The position numbers and the translations under genes were made by a program. Shown here one piece after another: positions 37,451 to 50,990 of a DNA stretch of 64,000 bases. Source of the stretch: Mobula hypostoma (taxonomy: Eukaryota); assembly GCF_963921235.1 (NCBI RefSeq), contig NC_086097.1, forward strand, positions 114,888,001-114,952,000, read 5' to 3'. Below the pieces are notes generated by a model that searched no databases, was not told the DNA's origin, and saw nothing but the letters and a program-made list of their open reading frames with translations. Positions within the stretch are counted from its first letter, which is position 1; every line of letters begins with the position of its first letter.

Positions 37451-37939
37451 GTGTATAGTGGATTCTGAACTGAGACAGTGCAACTGTTCATATGTTTGCT
37501 GAGGTAATAATTTAGAAGACTCACAATTAACAGTGAGTTAATCCTGCTGAATCCTGATGTGGAGTGTTGGTGCATGCAGTTACTAGTGTGTTGGCTATGA
37601 ATGCAAATGACACATTCCACTGTGTGTTTTGACGCACACCTGATAAGTGATAAATCTGAATCTCAGTCAATGGATATGTATTTGGGATTTCAAAAGGTGT
37701 GGGAAAGATAGATCAAAGTGTTGATTTCTGTCCTGTATAATAACTATGATTCTACGGAGCTTCTGACAAAGTCCCACATACGTGGATTTAGGAATAATAT
37801 ACTGAAATGGATTGAGAATTTGTTTTCAAATGGTTCAAGTAGTTCCGTTTATTATAAAAGAAAGCAGAGTGAGGAAAATGGATATTCCTCAGACAGATAG
37901 ACTGATTAGTGGGATACTGCAGTGATCAATGCCTAGACC

Positions 37940-38170
37940 AAAAGACATAGGAGCAGAATTAGGCCATTTGGCCCATTGATTCTGCACAACCATTCCATCA
38001 TGACTAATTTATTATCCCCCTCAGCCCCATTCTCCTGCCTTCTCCCTGTAACCCTTTACACTCTTACTAATTAACAACATATGAACCTCCAACTTAAGTG
38101 TACCCAATGACTTGGCTTCCACAGTCATCTGTGGCAATGAATTCCTCAGATTCAGCACCCTCTAGCTAAA
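37940..38170 (-). mobile_element. CR1 3' tail
   Basis: Similar to 1715-1945. Confidence 0.75.
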
Positions 38171-38259
38171 ATAGGTAACCACAGTTATTGACTATAATGG
38201 TGTAGTGTGATCACTCGAGTCTTGGTGATGAACCCATATCAACTCCTGCCCTTGAAGCG

Positions 38260-39420
38260 ACTTGGATCATCCCTACTTTGTCTGCCAGAGAAACAGGTCA
38301 ACAGCAGATGCCATCTCAATGGCTCTTCACTCAACCCTGGAAGAGCAAAGATGCATACATCAGGATGCTCTTTATCGACTACACTTCAGCATTCAATAAC
38401 ATCACCTCCCCCCCCCCCAAAGCTAATCAATAAGCTTTAAGACCTTGGCTTCAATACCTCCTTGTGCAATTGGATCCTTGATTTCCTCACTTGCAGACCC
38501 CAGTTAGTTTGGATTGGCAACAGCATCTTTTCCATGATCTCCATCAGCACAGATGAAATACAAAACTACGTCCTTAGCCCCTGTTTTACTCGCTTTACAC
38601 TTATGACTGTGGCAAAGCACAACTCCAATGCCATAATCAAGCTTTCTGATGACACCACGAATCAAACGTGGTGACAAATCATTTTTTAGGAGGAAGATTG
38701 AAAATCTGGCTGAGTAGTGCTATAAAAACAACCACTTACTCAATGTCTGCAAGACCAAGGAGCTGATTATTGACTTCAGGAGGAGGAAATCAAAGATCCA
38801 TGAGCTGTTCCTCATCAGACGATCAGAAGTGGAAAGGGTCAGCGATTTTAAATTCCTCCGTGTTATTATTTCAGAGGACCAGTCCTGGGACCAGCACATT
38901 AGTACAATTATGAAGAAAGCACAGAAGCACCTCTGCTTCCTTAGGAGTTTACAGAGATTCAGTATGATATCTAAAACTTTCACAACCTTCGAAAGATGTG
39001 TGGTGGAGAGTATAATGAGTGACTGCATCGCAGGCTGGTACGAAACGCCAATGTCCTTGAACGGAAAAACCTACAAAATGTAGTGGATATGGCCCAGTCT
39101 ATCTCAGGTAAAGTCCTCCCCACCATTGAGCAATATACATAAAGTGTTGTCTGAGGAAAGAAGCATCCATCGTCATGGACCCCCACTACCCAAAATATGC
39201 TCTCTTCTCACTGTTGCCATCAGAAAGAAGGCACAAGAGACTCAGATCTCACACCACCAGGTTCAGGACTAGTTACTACCCTTCAACCATCAGGCTCTTG
39301 AACCAAAAGAGATAATTTCACTCAGCTTCACTTTTCCCATCATTGAAATGTTCCCACAACCCATGAATTCATCTTTCAAGGACTCATCATCTCATGTTCT
39401 CCATATTTGTTGTTTATTTA
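38260..39420 (+). mobile_element. Rex1/L2-like RT fragment
   Basis: [29 protein letters not shown] remnants. Confidence 0.75.
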
Positions 39421-39861
39421 TTAATAAGGTTCCTTAAGGTTGTTATAGCCCTGGGGTGGTAACGGGGACAAGCTCCCACTAACTATTAAATGCGCCCAAT
39501 GGCATGAGCCTCAAATATCCCCCTGACAACCAAGTCCAGCTCCTGGCCTTCAAGTGTGGTTTAGTACTCAGCCCAGCGGAATCGTTTCTACTGACAGGAC
39601 AAAGGGCAAAGGCAGATTACTGACGTCTTAAAACCAGTTGCTTTGGGCAGATGGGGCTCGTCAGTTGTGGCTGGCAGCTCATCTAAAAGGAAAACTCTGA
39701 TCTCAAACCTTTGCTGCCTTGCGGCTATACCCACTCAAGGGGAAGGCTTCGAGAGTAAATGCTGAGGGAAAAATCTGGAGCTGGAGTCCCTAAAGCAGTC
39801 CTACGTTGAGTTCAACACTGACTGTTGTGAGGGGATCCTGGAGTACCCCTATTAACTGTTT

Positions 39862-39897
<36 letters not shown>

Positions 39898-40788
39898 ATT
39901 GACCACTGATATGTTGCTTTTGAAAAGAGAGAGAGAGATGAAGATTAACGGTTGGACTGTCATTTCCAGGCACTGGAAGTAACTTTGGAGTTCTACTGAG
40001 TTTAGAGTTGGAGACAGCACCGAGCAGCTAGAAAATTGCTATAGTGACCGCAGGTAGGTTGTTGATATTACTCGTTCAAGGACAGCTTGCCTGCTCGTGC
40101 ATTTCTTTACAGACAAAGGAAGGAGGGATTATTTGAATGACAGTTGATGCTCAGTATGGTGAGATAAATAGGAGGTCAGATGATACAGACCTCAGACACA
40201 TGATCTGGACACTGAATGAGCATTGTTCTGCCCGCAGAAAAAGTGAGTTTTGGAGGATTGATCGGGCAGATCGATCCCATCGCTCTTGCAGTGGAAGGAG
40301 GAAAAAGGGTTGACTGGTGGGGAGATCTCTATGTGTCCACCCTTGCCTGGATGATAGCTACACCACAGAAAACTGGTCCCCTTTGTTAAAGTCACAGTCG
40401 GTGACTTTTAAAGGATTTCGGAGGACGACGAGAAGATCGACAGCATCAGCTCACCTGAAGACTCAAATCCCTCTCTCTCTCTCCATCATTACTCAACTCA
40501 ATACCACGAACTGAACCGAACAGAACTGAACTTTACTCATCATCGTAAGACTGTACCTTTTTACCTCTAGACTTAAAGAAGCTTGTTTTTTTCATACATA
40601 TGTTTCCACACTTACTGACATACTTATTTATATATATATTCATTGCTAACCTGTTTGATTTATCTACATTTATATTACTGTATTGTGTAGTTACTAATAA
40701 ATATTATTAGTTTCTAGAATACTGGACTCCAAAAATGTTTTCCATCTTTGTTAGTTCTTTATTCCTGTCACAGGGTTCACGACAAAAT

Positions 40789-40806
40789 TGGGGGCTCGTC
40801 CGGGAT
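40789..40806 (+). promoter_or_regulatory. Primer binding site, tRNA-Pro
   Basis: TGGGGGCTCGTCCGGGAT, the canonical 18-nt tRNA-Pro PBS. Confidence 0.9.
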
Positions 40807-40887
40807 ATGAACAAATTTGTCGGGAGGCTGGTTTGAATTGATTGTGGAAAATTCCTTTTGATTTAGTTATGTGGAATATCAGCAGAA

Positions 40888-42266
40888 ATGGAGTTTGAAG
40901 TTAATAAGTTTATGGCAGAACCAACCCCGAGGCATTGGATGATGCTAAGAGGGATTTGCTGTTGGGAATTGCTCAAAGGTTAAAACTAAGGGTGACCACT
41001 AAAATGAGGAGAGCTCAGATGCAGACGATAATAGCCCAGCATGATATACATAAGGGAACATTTGATGAGGAGGTGTTGGCGTTATTTGCTGAAGGTAAGG
41101 TACATACTGAGGCTGAAGCTCAGTTGAAACTGAAATTGGAATTAATACAGCTCAAGGTTGAGGCCGCAAAAAAACAGAGGATCCATGCGGCTAGAGAGGC
41201 AGACAAACAGAGGGAAGAGGCAGAGAGACAGACAGCATTTGAGAAGGAGAAATGGCAACGTGATGGTCAAGTGGTGAACTGTGATGAGGGGTTTAGTGTC
41301 AGTCGAGAAACTAAGTTAGTGTCTCCATTTGATGAAGCAGAAATTGATAGGTATTTCCTACATTTCAAGAAAGTGGCCCGTAATCGGAATTGGCCGAGGG
41401 AGCAGTGGGCGGTGTTACTACAGAGTGTGATTAAGGGGAAGGCTCAGCAAACATATGCAGCCCTGTCTCTTGAAGATGCAAGTGATTATGACAAAGTGAA
41501 AGATGCTGTGCTTAAGGCTTATGAGTTAGTCCCGGAAGCGTACAGACAAAGGTTTCGAGGTTTGAGAAAACCCTGGAACTAAACGTGTGTGGAGTTTGCC
41601 CATGAAAAACATGTGTACTTTGATCGGTGGTGTGCTTCAAAAGAGGCAAATGAGAATATTGGCAACTTGAAAGAGTCGATATTGATTGAAGAGTTTAAAA
41701 ACTGTGTCTCAGCTGAGATAAGGATGCACTTAGATGCGAAAGGGGCAGTGACACTGTCAGAATCTGTCAAGTTAGCAGATGAGTATGCCTTAACTCATAA
41801 AGCTAAGTTTTTTCCCACTACTTATAACCAACCAGGGAGTAGAGATAATCCACCAGCTAAACCAGAGAGTAAACCAGGGACTAGTGACAAAAGTAAGGAG
41901 GAAGGGAAACAGTCGGGCGGTGGGGGGAAATTTCCCAGTTTCAAGTGTTACTCGTGTGGAAAACCTGGCCATGTGGCGTCCAATTGTTTTGCTATGAAGA
42001 GGGGAAAAGGAAAAGAGAAAGAGAAAACCTCAAATGCCTGCGCCAGATGGTTAAAACACCGCTGAAGAAGGAGGAGTCTGACCGAGTTCAGGAGGGACTC
42101 GAGAGATTTATTTCAGAACGGTTTGTGTCTGTGAAGGAGGGGTCTACCCCAGTTCCAGTGAGAATCTGGAGAGATACTGGAGCTTTCCAGTCACTGATAT
42201 TCAAGAGTGTTTTGGAATTTGGTGCTGAGACGGAGACTGGGGAAGTAAATATTATCAAGGGCATTG
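40888..42266 (+). pseudogene. gag: Gypsy gag (SCAN-like capsid, CCHC) plus truncated protease
   Basis: WAVLLQSVIKGKAQ, YELVPEAYRQRFR, ILIEEFKNCV, CYSCGKPGHVASNC, WRDTGA. Confidence 0.85.
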
Positions 42267-43162
42267 GAAAAAGTGGGTTTTGGAGGATCAATCAGGCGGA
42301 TATATCCCATTGCTCTTGCAGTGGAAGGAGGAAAAAGGGTTGACTGGTGGGGAGTTGTCCATGTGTCCACCCTCGCCTGGGTGATAGCTCCACCACAGAA
42401 AACCGGCCCCCTTTGTTAAAGTCACAGTCGGTGACTTTTAAAGGATTTCAGAGGATGACAAGAAGATTGACGGCATCAGCTCACCTGAAGACTCAAATCC
42501 CTCTCTCTCTCTCCATCACTACTCAAATCAATACCATGAACTGAACTGAACTGAACTGAACTTTACTCATCATCATAAGACTGTATCTTTTTACCCCTAG
42601 ACTTAAAGAAGCTTGGTTTTTTTCATACATATATTCCGCACTTACTGATATACTTACTTCCATATATATTCATTGCTAACCTGTTTCATTTATCTACATT
42701 TATATTACTGTATTGCGTAGTTACTAATAAATATTATTAGTTTATAGCAATACTGGACTCCAAAGTGTTTTCCATCTCTGCTGGTTCTTTATTCCTGTTA
42801 TGGGGTTCGTGACACTGGCAACTTCTTCGACGCTGCTGATACCAAACCACATCAGTCCCTGCCATTCCTTTGGGTTCATCAGATCATCAGATGTGTGTGT
42901 GTGTGTGAGAGAGAGAGAGAACTTGCTACATAGAGAAAAGCTTGCTCTACATATTGTACAGCCTAGGCTTGAGTATCTAGACAGCTAGAACACAATCTCC
43001 ATGGTCAACTCTGACCGACAGAGACAAAGAAGAACAAGCTTTATTACTATTATTTTTCTCTTTTTGTAATTTGCACAATTATTTGTCTTTTGCATACTGG
43101 TTGAACACCCAAGTTGGTGTGGTCTTTCACTGATTCTTTGGTTGTTATTCCATTACGGATTT

Positions 43163-43650
43163 AGTCAAGTCAAGTCACTTTTTATTGTCATTTCGACCAT
43201 AACTGCTGGTACAGTACACAGTAAAAATGAGACAATGTTTTTCAGGACCATGGTGTTACATGAAACAATACAGAAACTTCACTGAACTATGTAAAAACAA
43301 CACAAAAACTACACTAGTCTACAGACCTACCCAGGACTGCATAAAGTGCACACAACAGTGCGGGCATTACAATAAATAAATAAACAAGACAATATGCACA
43401 GTAGAGGGCAGTAGGTTTGTGTCAGTCCTGGCTCTGGGTATTGAGGAGTCTGATGGCTTGGAGGAAGAAACTGTTACATAGTCTGGTCGTGAGAGCCCGA
43501 ATGCTTCAGTGCCTTTTGCCAGATGGCAGGAGGGAGAAGAGTTTGTATGAAGGGTGCATGGGATCCTTCATAATGCTGTTTGCTTTACGGATGCAGCGTG
43601 TGGTGTATATGTCTGTATCAGCGGGAAGAGAGACCCCAATGACCTTCTCA
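43163..43650 (-). mobile_element. Rex1-like LINE 3' fragment
   Basis: Paralogous to 34981-35575. Confidence 0.8.
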
Positions 43651-44999
43651 GCTATATTGTGTATATCTACAAGAAAATAAATTTCAGGATTGTATATGGT
43701 GCCATATATGTACTTTGATAATGAACATTCTTTGAACTTTGAGTTGGAAGCTCTCCTATCAGCTTGTCTATTGGTGGGATCCTCAGGTGTTTGTAGATGC
43801 GGATCCAGGATTCACATATTCTGTTGTGGTGTGGGCAAGAGTTAATGGTGGCTGCGGTTAGTGGTTGGATCTTTTGGTTGGTCCGTCTCTCTTTTTGCAG
43901 CTGTTGTTTGTTCTGTGGCACAGCGGAGGTCACTGTCATGTAGCAATATCCAAAGGTATAGTTGTAGCTGAGGTGGGGGTATGTTATATGTTAGGAAGAA
44001 ACATCTATAGTAAGGAATTGCAGGATAATAACAATTGATACAAACAAGCACCAGTCTTCAAACTGCCTTCAATTGCAATAAGTGGTAATGAGACATAAAT
44101 ACAGAAGCTTCACTTTAAGTGGGAAGAGGCAACGCTACGAGCTCACATGAGGATGCTGCTTAAGAAACATGATTTGGAAACTGACATAATTATGCGAAAT
44201 CCTCATATGTATTGATAAGAGGTACAAACCATAGTTTTATTAATTAGCTCACATCAAATCAGCCATCAGATGTCTTGAGTTAAGATATTTTGTACCATTG
44301 TGACAGTGATCCATGAAGGTTCCATATTGCCTATTGTGCACTTAACACATAAGATCATCTGATAATTATAATCAGGCCATTCAGCCCATTGACTCTGTTT
44401 CACTATTCCAACATGACTGATTGTTTTCAGCCACATTATTCTATCTTTTGCCCTAACCCATAACACCTTTACCAAGCAGGAACTTATCAACCTTTGTCTT
44501 AGATATACACAATTACCTGGCTTACAGTTCCCTCTATGGCCATGAATTCCACAAATTCGCAATTCACTGGTTGAAAATAATCCTTCTCACTTCAGCTGTG
44601 TCCTCAGATCATAGACACTCTCACACCCTCTCCATCAGCAGGTTTCAATGAAATCCACCCTCATGCTTTGGAACTTCATCGAGTGCAGGCCTAGAGCCAC
44701 CAGGCAGCTGCAGCAGCCTCTCTGGGTCCAAAAAATTGGTGCAAATGCTTGTCTTAAATGCTTTTCTTGTGATCACAAGATCCTGTTGGACATTGGTAAT
44801 ACAAAATACTGCAAGTCCAGTTCCAGCGCACCCATCAAGCTTCTGTTCTCTTCTGCACCATCTCCGGCACCTTGTCCCCGAGGTGGTTGTAACAGGCAAT
44901 CCTGTGGCTGAGGGACTTGTCATACCCTGCTGCCCATCCACCAAGAAGATACGTCCATTAACCCTCCTTTGTCTAACCTGCGTGTTACATTCTCCTGCT

Positions 45000-46112
45000 G
45001 AGGCATTGAACAAAGTCCCTCAGGGGAGGCTAATCCAGAAGATTCAGATGCATGGGGTCCATGGTGAATTGGCTGTTCGGATTCAGAACTGGCTTGCAGA
45101 GGGTAGTGGTTGAAGGGACTCATTTGAGCTGGAGGTCTATAATTAATGGTGTTCCACTGGGACCTCTGATATTTGTAATGTATATAAATAAACTGGATGA
45201 AATGTAGATGGTGGGTTCATAAGTTTGCAGATGACACGAATATTGGTGGAGTTGTGGACAGTGCAGAAGACTGGCAAATAATCCAGCATGATGTAGAGCA
45301 GTTGCAGATATGGGCAGAGAAATGGCAGACAGAGTTTAAACCTGATAAGTGTGAGTTGTTCCACCTTGGCAGGGCAAATGCAAGGAGACAGTACAGTGTT
45401 AAGGACAAGATCCTTAACAGTGTTGCTAAACAAAGAGATCTTGGGATCAAAGTGCATAGCTCCTTGAAATTGGCTACACAGCTCAACAGGGTGGTTAAGA
45501 AGGCTTATGGAATTCTTGCTTTTATTAATCGAGGCACTGAGTTCAAAAGTCAGGAGGTTGTGTTGCAACTTTATAAAACCCTGGTTAGGCCACATCTGGA
45601 GTATTGTGTACAGTTCTGGTCACCCCGCTATAGGAAGGACGTTGAGGTTTTGGAGAGGATGGTAAACCATGTGCTATGGTGCGAGGCAGGACCAATCTGG
45701 GTTGGAGCAGCAGGGACTGAGGGGAGATCTGATAGAGATGTATAAGATAATGAGAAGCACAGGAAGAGTAGACAGGGATTATCTTTTTCCAAGAATAGAA
45801 ATGTCTAACACTAGAGGGCAAGCATTGAAGGTGATAGGGGGTAGATTCAAAGGGGCTAGGTGAGGGGTAAGTTGTTTAACTCAGAGAAAAGTAAATGTCT
45901 GGAATGCACTGCCTGGTATGGTGGTAGAAGCAAATAAATCAGGGGCTTTTAAGAGACTCTTAGACAGGAACACCAATGTGTAGAGGGATATGGACATTGT
46001 GTACTGTAGGTGGGAGGGATTAGTGTTTGGTGGTTTTTGATTTACTTTTTAGCTGGTTTAGCACAACATTGTGGGCCAAAGGGCCTGTTCCTGTGCTGTA
46101 CTGTTCTATGTA
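45000..46112 (+). mobile_element. CR1 RT 3' fragment
   Basis: KFADDTNIGG, KCELFHLGR, LVRPHLEYCVQFWSP; CR1 3' UTR. Confidence 0.9.
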
Positions 46113-46199
46113 CTCTGAGATAATAGATAATGAGCCTGATTATGTGACAGACATCTTGGATGGGTAAGCAATTCAGAGTTTGTGACCACACTCCATAAT

Positions 46200-46625
46200 G
46201 TTTAGAGTAGTCATGGATGAGGATAGGAGCGGATGATATAGAAAGTATTTAACTGGAGAAGGAACTTGGGAGAGTAAATTGGGAACTGATGTTTTCAGGG
46301 AAACGTACTGCAGAGGTTGTTTAGGGAATGCTTACATGCGGTTCTGGATAGGCTTGTTCCACTGAGACGTGGAAAGCATGGCAGGGTGAATAAACCATGG
46401 TTGACAAAAGTGGTGGAATACCTAGTTAAGAGGAAGAAGGAAGCATATTTAAAGTTTAGGAAGTAAAACTCAAACAGGGCTCTTGAGAATTATAAGGCAG
46501 TCAGGAAGGAACTGAAGAAAGGACTTTGGAGAGCTGAATGGAGACATGGGAAAGACTTGGTTAGTAGGATTAAGGAAAAGCCAAGGCATTCTGCACGTTC
46601 CTGAAGAATAGGATGATAACTAGAG
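46200..46625 (+). mobile_element. Old CR1 ORF2 fragment (EN-RT linker)
   Basis: KPWLTK, RIKEKPR-like remnants. Confidence 0.5.
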
Positions 46626-48255
46626 TGACAAGTGTGGCTTGCCTGGTAAATTGAAGTTGTGGTGCTTGCAGTATGGACTGATGCCACGGATAATGTGGCC
46701 ACTAACTGTCTATGAAGTGGCAATGTCCCATGTTGAGGCAATGGAACAGAAGATCAACAAGTATGTGAAGAAGTGGCTTGGAGTACCGAGCAGCCTCACC
46801 ATTGTTGCAATCCACAGTAGCCAGACAAAGCTTACCATCCCAGTGCAATCCCTTGTTAAAGAGGTCAAGGTAGCCAAGGTAAGATCATTCTTGATGCTTC
46901 GAGACTCAAAAGACCCTGTCATCAAGAACACCCAGCCGGATGTGAGATCAGGCAGGAAGTGATCAGCCCGTGTAGTAGTTGATGAGTCAGAATCCAGATT
47001 GAAGCACAAGGAGACAGTTGGGGCTATCCAGCTGGGCCGCCAGGGACTTGGATGGACAACCCACAAGTGGTGGTCATCTTCTACGGGTGAGGAACGCCGT
47101 GAGCTTGTAACACAAGAAATCCGAGAGGTAGAAGAGGAGAAGAGGTTAGCTAAAACAGCTGGCCTGGCCAAACAAGGGGCTTGGACCTGGTGGGAAAGCG
47201 TTGAACAACGACATCTATCTTGGAATATTCTGTGGCAGATGGAACCGCTCCGCATTTCTTTTCTATTCAGAGCAGCGTACGATCTGCTCCCAACTCCTGC
47301 CAACCTCAGCACCTGGTATGAAGATAAGACAGATAGGTGTGCTGCTTGTGGTGAGAAGAGAACACTTCAACATATTTCGAGTGCATGCAGAGTCAATCTT
47401 TCCAGCGGCATGTACACTTGGAGACATAACAACGTTCTTAAAGTTGTAACAGAAGTGGTTGAGCAGAGAGTACTGCAGGACAACTTATCTCATGTCCCAT
47501 GCTGCACAGAATATCGTATATCATTTGTGAAAGAAGGCTCCAAGTCAAGGGTGTACAGCGCAGACCAATGATTGGTGTGTCAAGGCCGACCTGGACTGGA
47601 AAGGCAGTTTCCTGGAGTAAGTAGTTTTCACCACATTGCGTCCAGATATAATCGTATGGTCTGACACCAGTAGAGAAGTGGTTATTGGTGAACTCACAGT
47701 CCCCTGGGAAGACAACATTGATGAAGCCCATGAGCGCAAGTTAACCAAATATGCAGAATTAAGATCAGAGTGCAGAGACAGAGGGTGGAAGGTCTCATGC
47801 TATCCATTCGAAGTAAGTTGCCGTGGGTTTATTGCGTTCACTTTCTAGAAGTGGCTGCGTGACCTTGGCTTCACTAGAAGAGAGATAAAGTCAACCAGCA
47901 GGACTGTAGCTGAGGCGGCAGAGAAAGGATCAGCATGGGTGTGGACCAAATATGTCCAGAGGGGCAGATAGTCAGACAGTGTATACATATCTTGCAAACC
48001 CTTCAGTAGTTGCATAGACACTTGAAGAGCAGACTATCTGTTGGATGGAAGTGACCAACAACTCTGATAGAGGCAGATGCCAAGTTTTTAAGCTCACCAG
48101 TGGGAGGTGGTTCTTTAGCACTGCTGGCCCACCACCTCGAGAGAGTCTTGATCATAAGCGGGCCGAAACTCCTGAAGACAGATGGCAGATCAACTGATGA
48201 TCCCACTGGTGATAGCACGGGACAGTTAACATCTTAGTCCACATGTATTTTTAAC
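46626..48255 (+). mobile_element. HERO-like non-LTR retrotransposon with restriction-like endonuclease, 5'-truncated
   Basis: LPGKLKLWCLQYGLMPR..KWLGVP; DLLPTPANL; CAACGEKRTLQHISSAC; YTWRHNNVL; RPDIIVWS...GELTVPWE...ERKLTKY. Confidence 0.8.
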
Positions 48256-48256
48256 T

Positions 48257-49445
48257 CGACTTGGATTTCCAGAAGGCATTCGATAAGGTGCCGCACAAGA
48301 GACTTACAAATAAGATACGGATGCACGGAGTCGGAGGAAGTGTACTGACGTGGATAGTGGATTGGTTAACCAATAGAAGGCAGAGAGTTGGTATAAATGG
48401 GTGTTTCTCCGGTTGGCAGTCAGTGGTGAGTGGGGTGCCGCAGGGGTCGGACCTGCTGTTTATCATTTGCATTGATGACTTGGAAGAGGGGACTGAGTGT
48501 AACGTAGCAAAATTTGCTGGTGACACTAAACTAAGTCGAAAAGCAAATTGTACAGAGGATGTAGAGAGTCTGCAGAGGGATATAGATAAGTTAAGTGAGT
48601 GGGTCAAGGAGGTCTGGCAGATGGAATACAATGTTGGTAAATGTGAGATCATCCACTTTGGAAGGAATAATAGAAGAACAGATTATTATTTAAATGGTGA
48701 AAGATTGCAGCATGCTGTTGTGCAGAGAGACTTGGGAGTGCTTGTTCACGAATCGCAAAAAGTTGGCTTGCAGGTGCAACAGGTTATTAAGAAGGGAAAC
48801 GGAATGCTGACATTCATTGTTAGAGGGATTGAATTCAAGAGCAGGGAGGTCATGCTGCAACTATACAGAGTACTGGTGAGGCTGCACCTGGAGTACTGTG
48901 TGCAGTTCTAGTCTCCATACTTGAGAAAGGATGTACTGGCTTTGGAGGCAGTGCAGAGGAGGTTCACCAGGTTGATTCCAGGGGTGAAGGGGTTAACCTA
49001 TGTAGAGAGATCCAGTTGCCTAGGACTATACTCTCTGGAGTTCAGAAGAATGAGAGGGGATCTTATAGAAACATACAAAATTTTGAAAGGGATAGATAAG
49101 ATAGAAGTAGGAAAATTGTTTCCATTGGTAGGTGAGACTAGAACTAGAGGACATTGCCTCTAGATTCAGGGGAGGAGATTTAAGATGGAGATGACGAGAA
49201 ACTGTTTTTCCCAGAGAGTGGTGAATCTGTGGAATTCTCTGCCCAGGGAAGCAGTTGAGGCTTCTTCACTAAATATATTTAAGATACAGTTAGGTAGGTT
49301 TTTACATAATGGAATTAAGAGTTATGGGGAAAAGGCAGGTAGATGGAGCTGAGTTTATTGACAGATCAGCCATGATCTTATTGAATGGTGGGGCAGGCTT
49401 GATGGGCCGGATGGCCTACTCCTGTTCTTATTTCTCATGTTCTTA
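48257..49445 (+). mobile_element. CR1 RT 3' fragment
   Basis: [36 protein letters not shown]1 tail. Confidence 0.92.
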
Positions 49446-50669
49446 CGAATATATATAAGAACATAAACCAAAGAACATTACAGCACAGTACAGGCCCTTT
49501 GGCCCACAATGCTGTGCCAACCTTATCATCTACTCTAAGATCAATCCCACATAACCCTCCATTGTTCTATCATTCATATGCCTATCTAAGAGTTTCTTAG
49601 ATGTCCTCAGTATGAATAAAAATAGAGTGTAGATTCTGTGATTGACCTTGTGCATAAAAAGAGAGAACAAGTTTTTCACCTTGTTTTCCTTGTTGATTGA
49701 CAAGTGAAACCCACATTCAGCAGTGGGAAATTGCCTTTACTATTTGCAAGTTATAAAAAGGTTGCACACTTTCTCTTTAGTAATAACCAAGCACTACCTG
49801 TGAAATTATTTTCAAATCTTGCATAATCAATATTTCATGATGAACAAGATAAAGTGGCTATTTAAGTTAAATTGCATCACCCTTTTTAATACAGAAAATA
49901 TTGCAAACAACTTTAATTCAATTCTAGACTGCAAGAACCTGCTTATGTTACATGAGGCTCAATGTCTTGAATCTCTAAGAAGCTTCACACCCTAAATTGC
50001 CTTCATATATTAAATTTATGGAATCAAAGCAGCAGTGTAATCTTAGGTTGAACTTTCATGATCTACGTGTTTCCTTGTGTTTAGTCCACCTATCTTTCAA
50101 AATAATTCTAGTTTTCTCTTTCAAAATGTAAAAAGATTATTTATTATGCAATGTATTTATGTCCATTTAGCTATGGAACAAATCAGAAGAACCATCAAAT
50201 TTATCCCTGCTTCATTCCTTGTGTTCCTGTTGTCTTCCATTGCTTGAAAGCTTACAGTAAACATCTCTATTAACTCTATAACAGATAGAATGGCAATTTT
50301 CACTCTTTCAAATTCTAATTGTATTATATGTTTTTGAGGATTACTTGCTTTACTGTTAATTAAAGCCAATCTGCCTTTGTTCTTTATTGTGCATATAATA
50401 TTATCAGGAACTGATGTGTAAGGTCTCTGATTGTCTATTTTTAACCTACAGATCATCCTTCTGACCGTGGCCAATTTTCCCTTTTAATTAATAATGATCT
50501 CTTTGGAAAGGGTTAAGCACTAATGTTAAATCTGCAGTCCAACTAACTGGCTATTTGTACAAAGAAGATTCAGCTTAGCACATATTTGATAGCCAGTGAC
50601 AAAATGTAACTGTTATATAATTAGCAGTTCACAGCTTTCTGGTAGAACTCAGTTTTGGACAGTTTGCTT

Positions 50670-50990
50670 TAGACCATAAGACCATAAGGCATAGGAGTAG
50701 AGTTAGGTTATTCAGCCCATTGAGTCTGCTGCACCATTTGATCATGTCTGATATATTCTTCCTCTCAACTCCATTCTCCTGCCTTCTCCCCATAACCTTT
50801 GATGACCTTACTAATCAAGAACCCATCAACCGCTGCTTTTAAATACACCCAAAGAATTGGCATCCACAGTTGTCTGTGATGATGAATTCCTCAAATTTAT
50901 TACACTGGCTCAAGAAATTCCTCCTCATCTCTGTTCTAAAGGGATATCCTTGTATTCCTAGACTCTCCCATTATTACAAACATCCTTCCC
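50670..50990 (-). mobile_element. CR1 3' tail
   Basis: (TCTTATGG)n tail and UTR similar to 1693-2000. Confidence 0.8.

Larger units (their letters stand above)
39826..42814 (+). mobile_element. Gmr1-like Gypsy LTR retrotransposon lacking most of pol
   Basis: 5' LTR 39826-40784; partial 3' LTR 42267-42814; imperfect TSD CTGT/CTGG; PBS; gag and protease remnant. Confidence 0.85.
39435..43030 (+). mobile_element. Non-coding repeat (possibly RTE-related) split by the Gypsy element
   Basis: Sequence appears to rejoin across 39826-42814; family uncertain. Confidence 0.35.

Noticed and set aside
50157..50474. 105-aa minus-strand ORF in unique DNA
   Set aside because: Non-ATG start, no recognisable domain, and a length expected by chance
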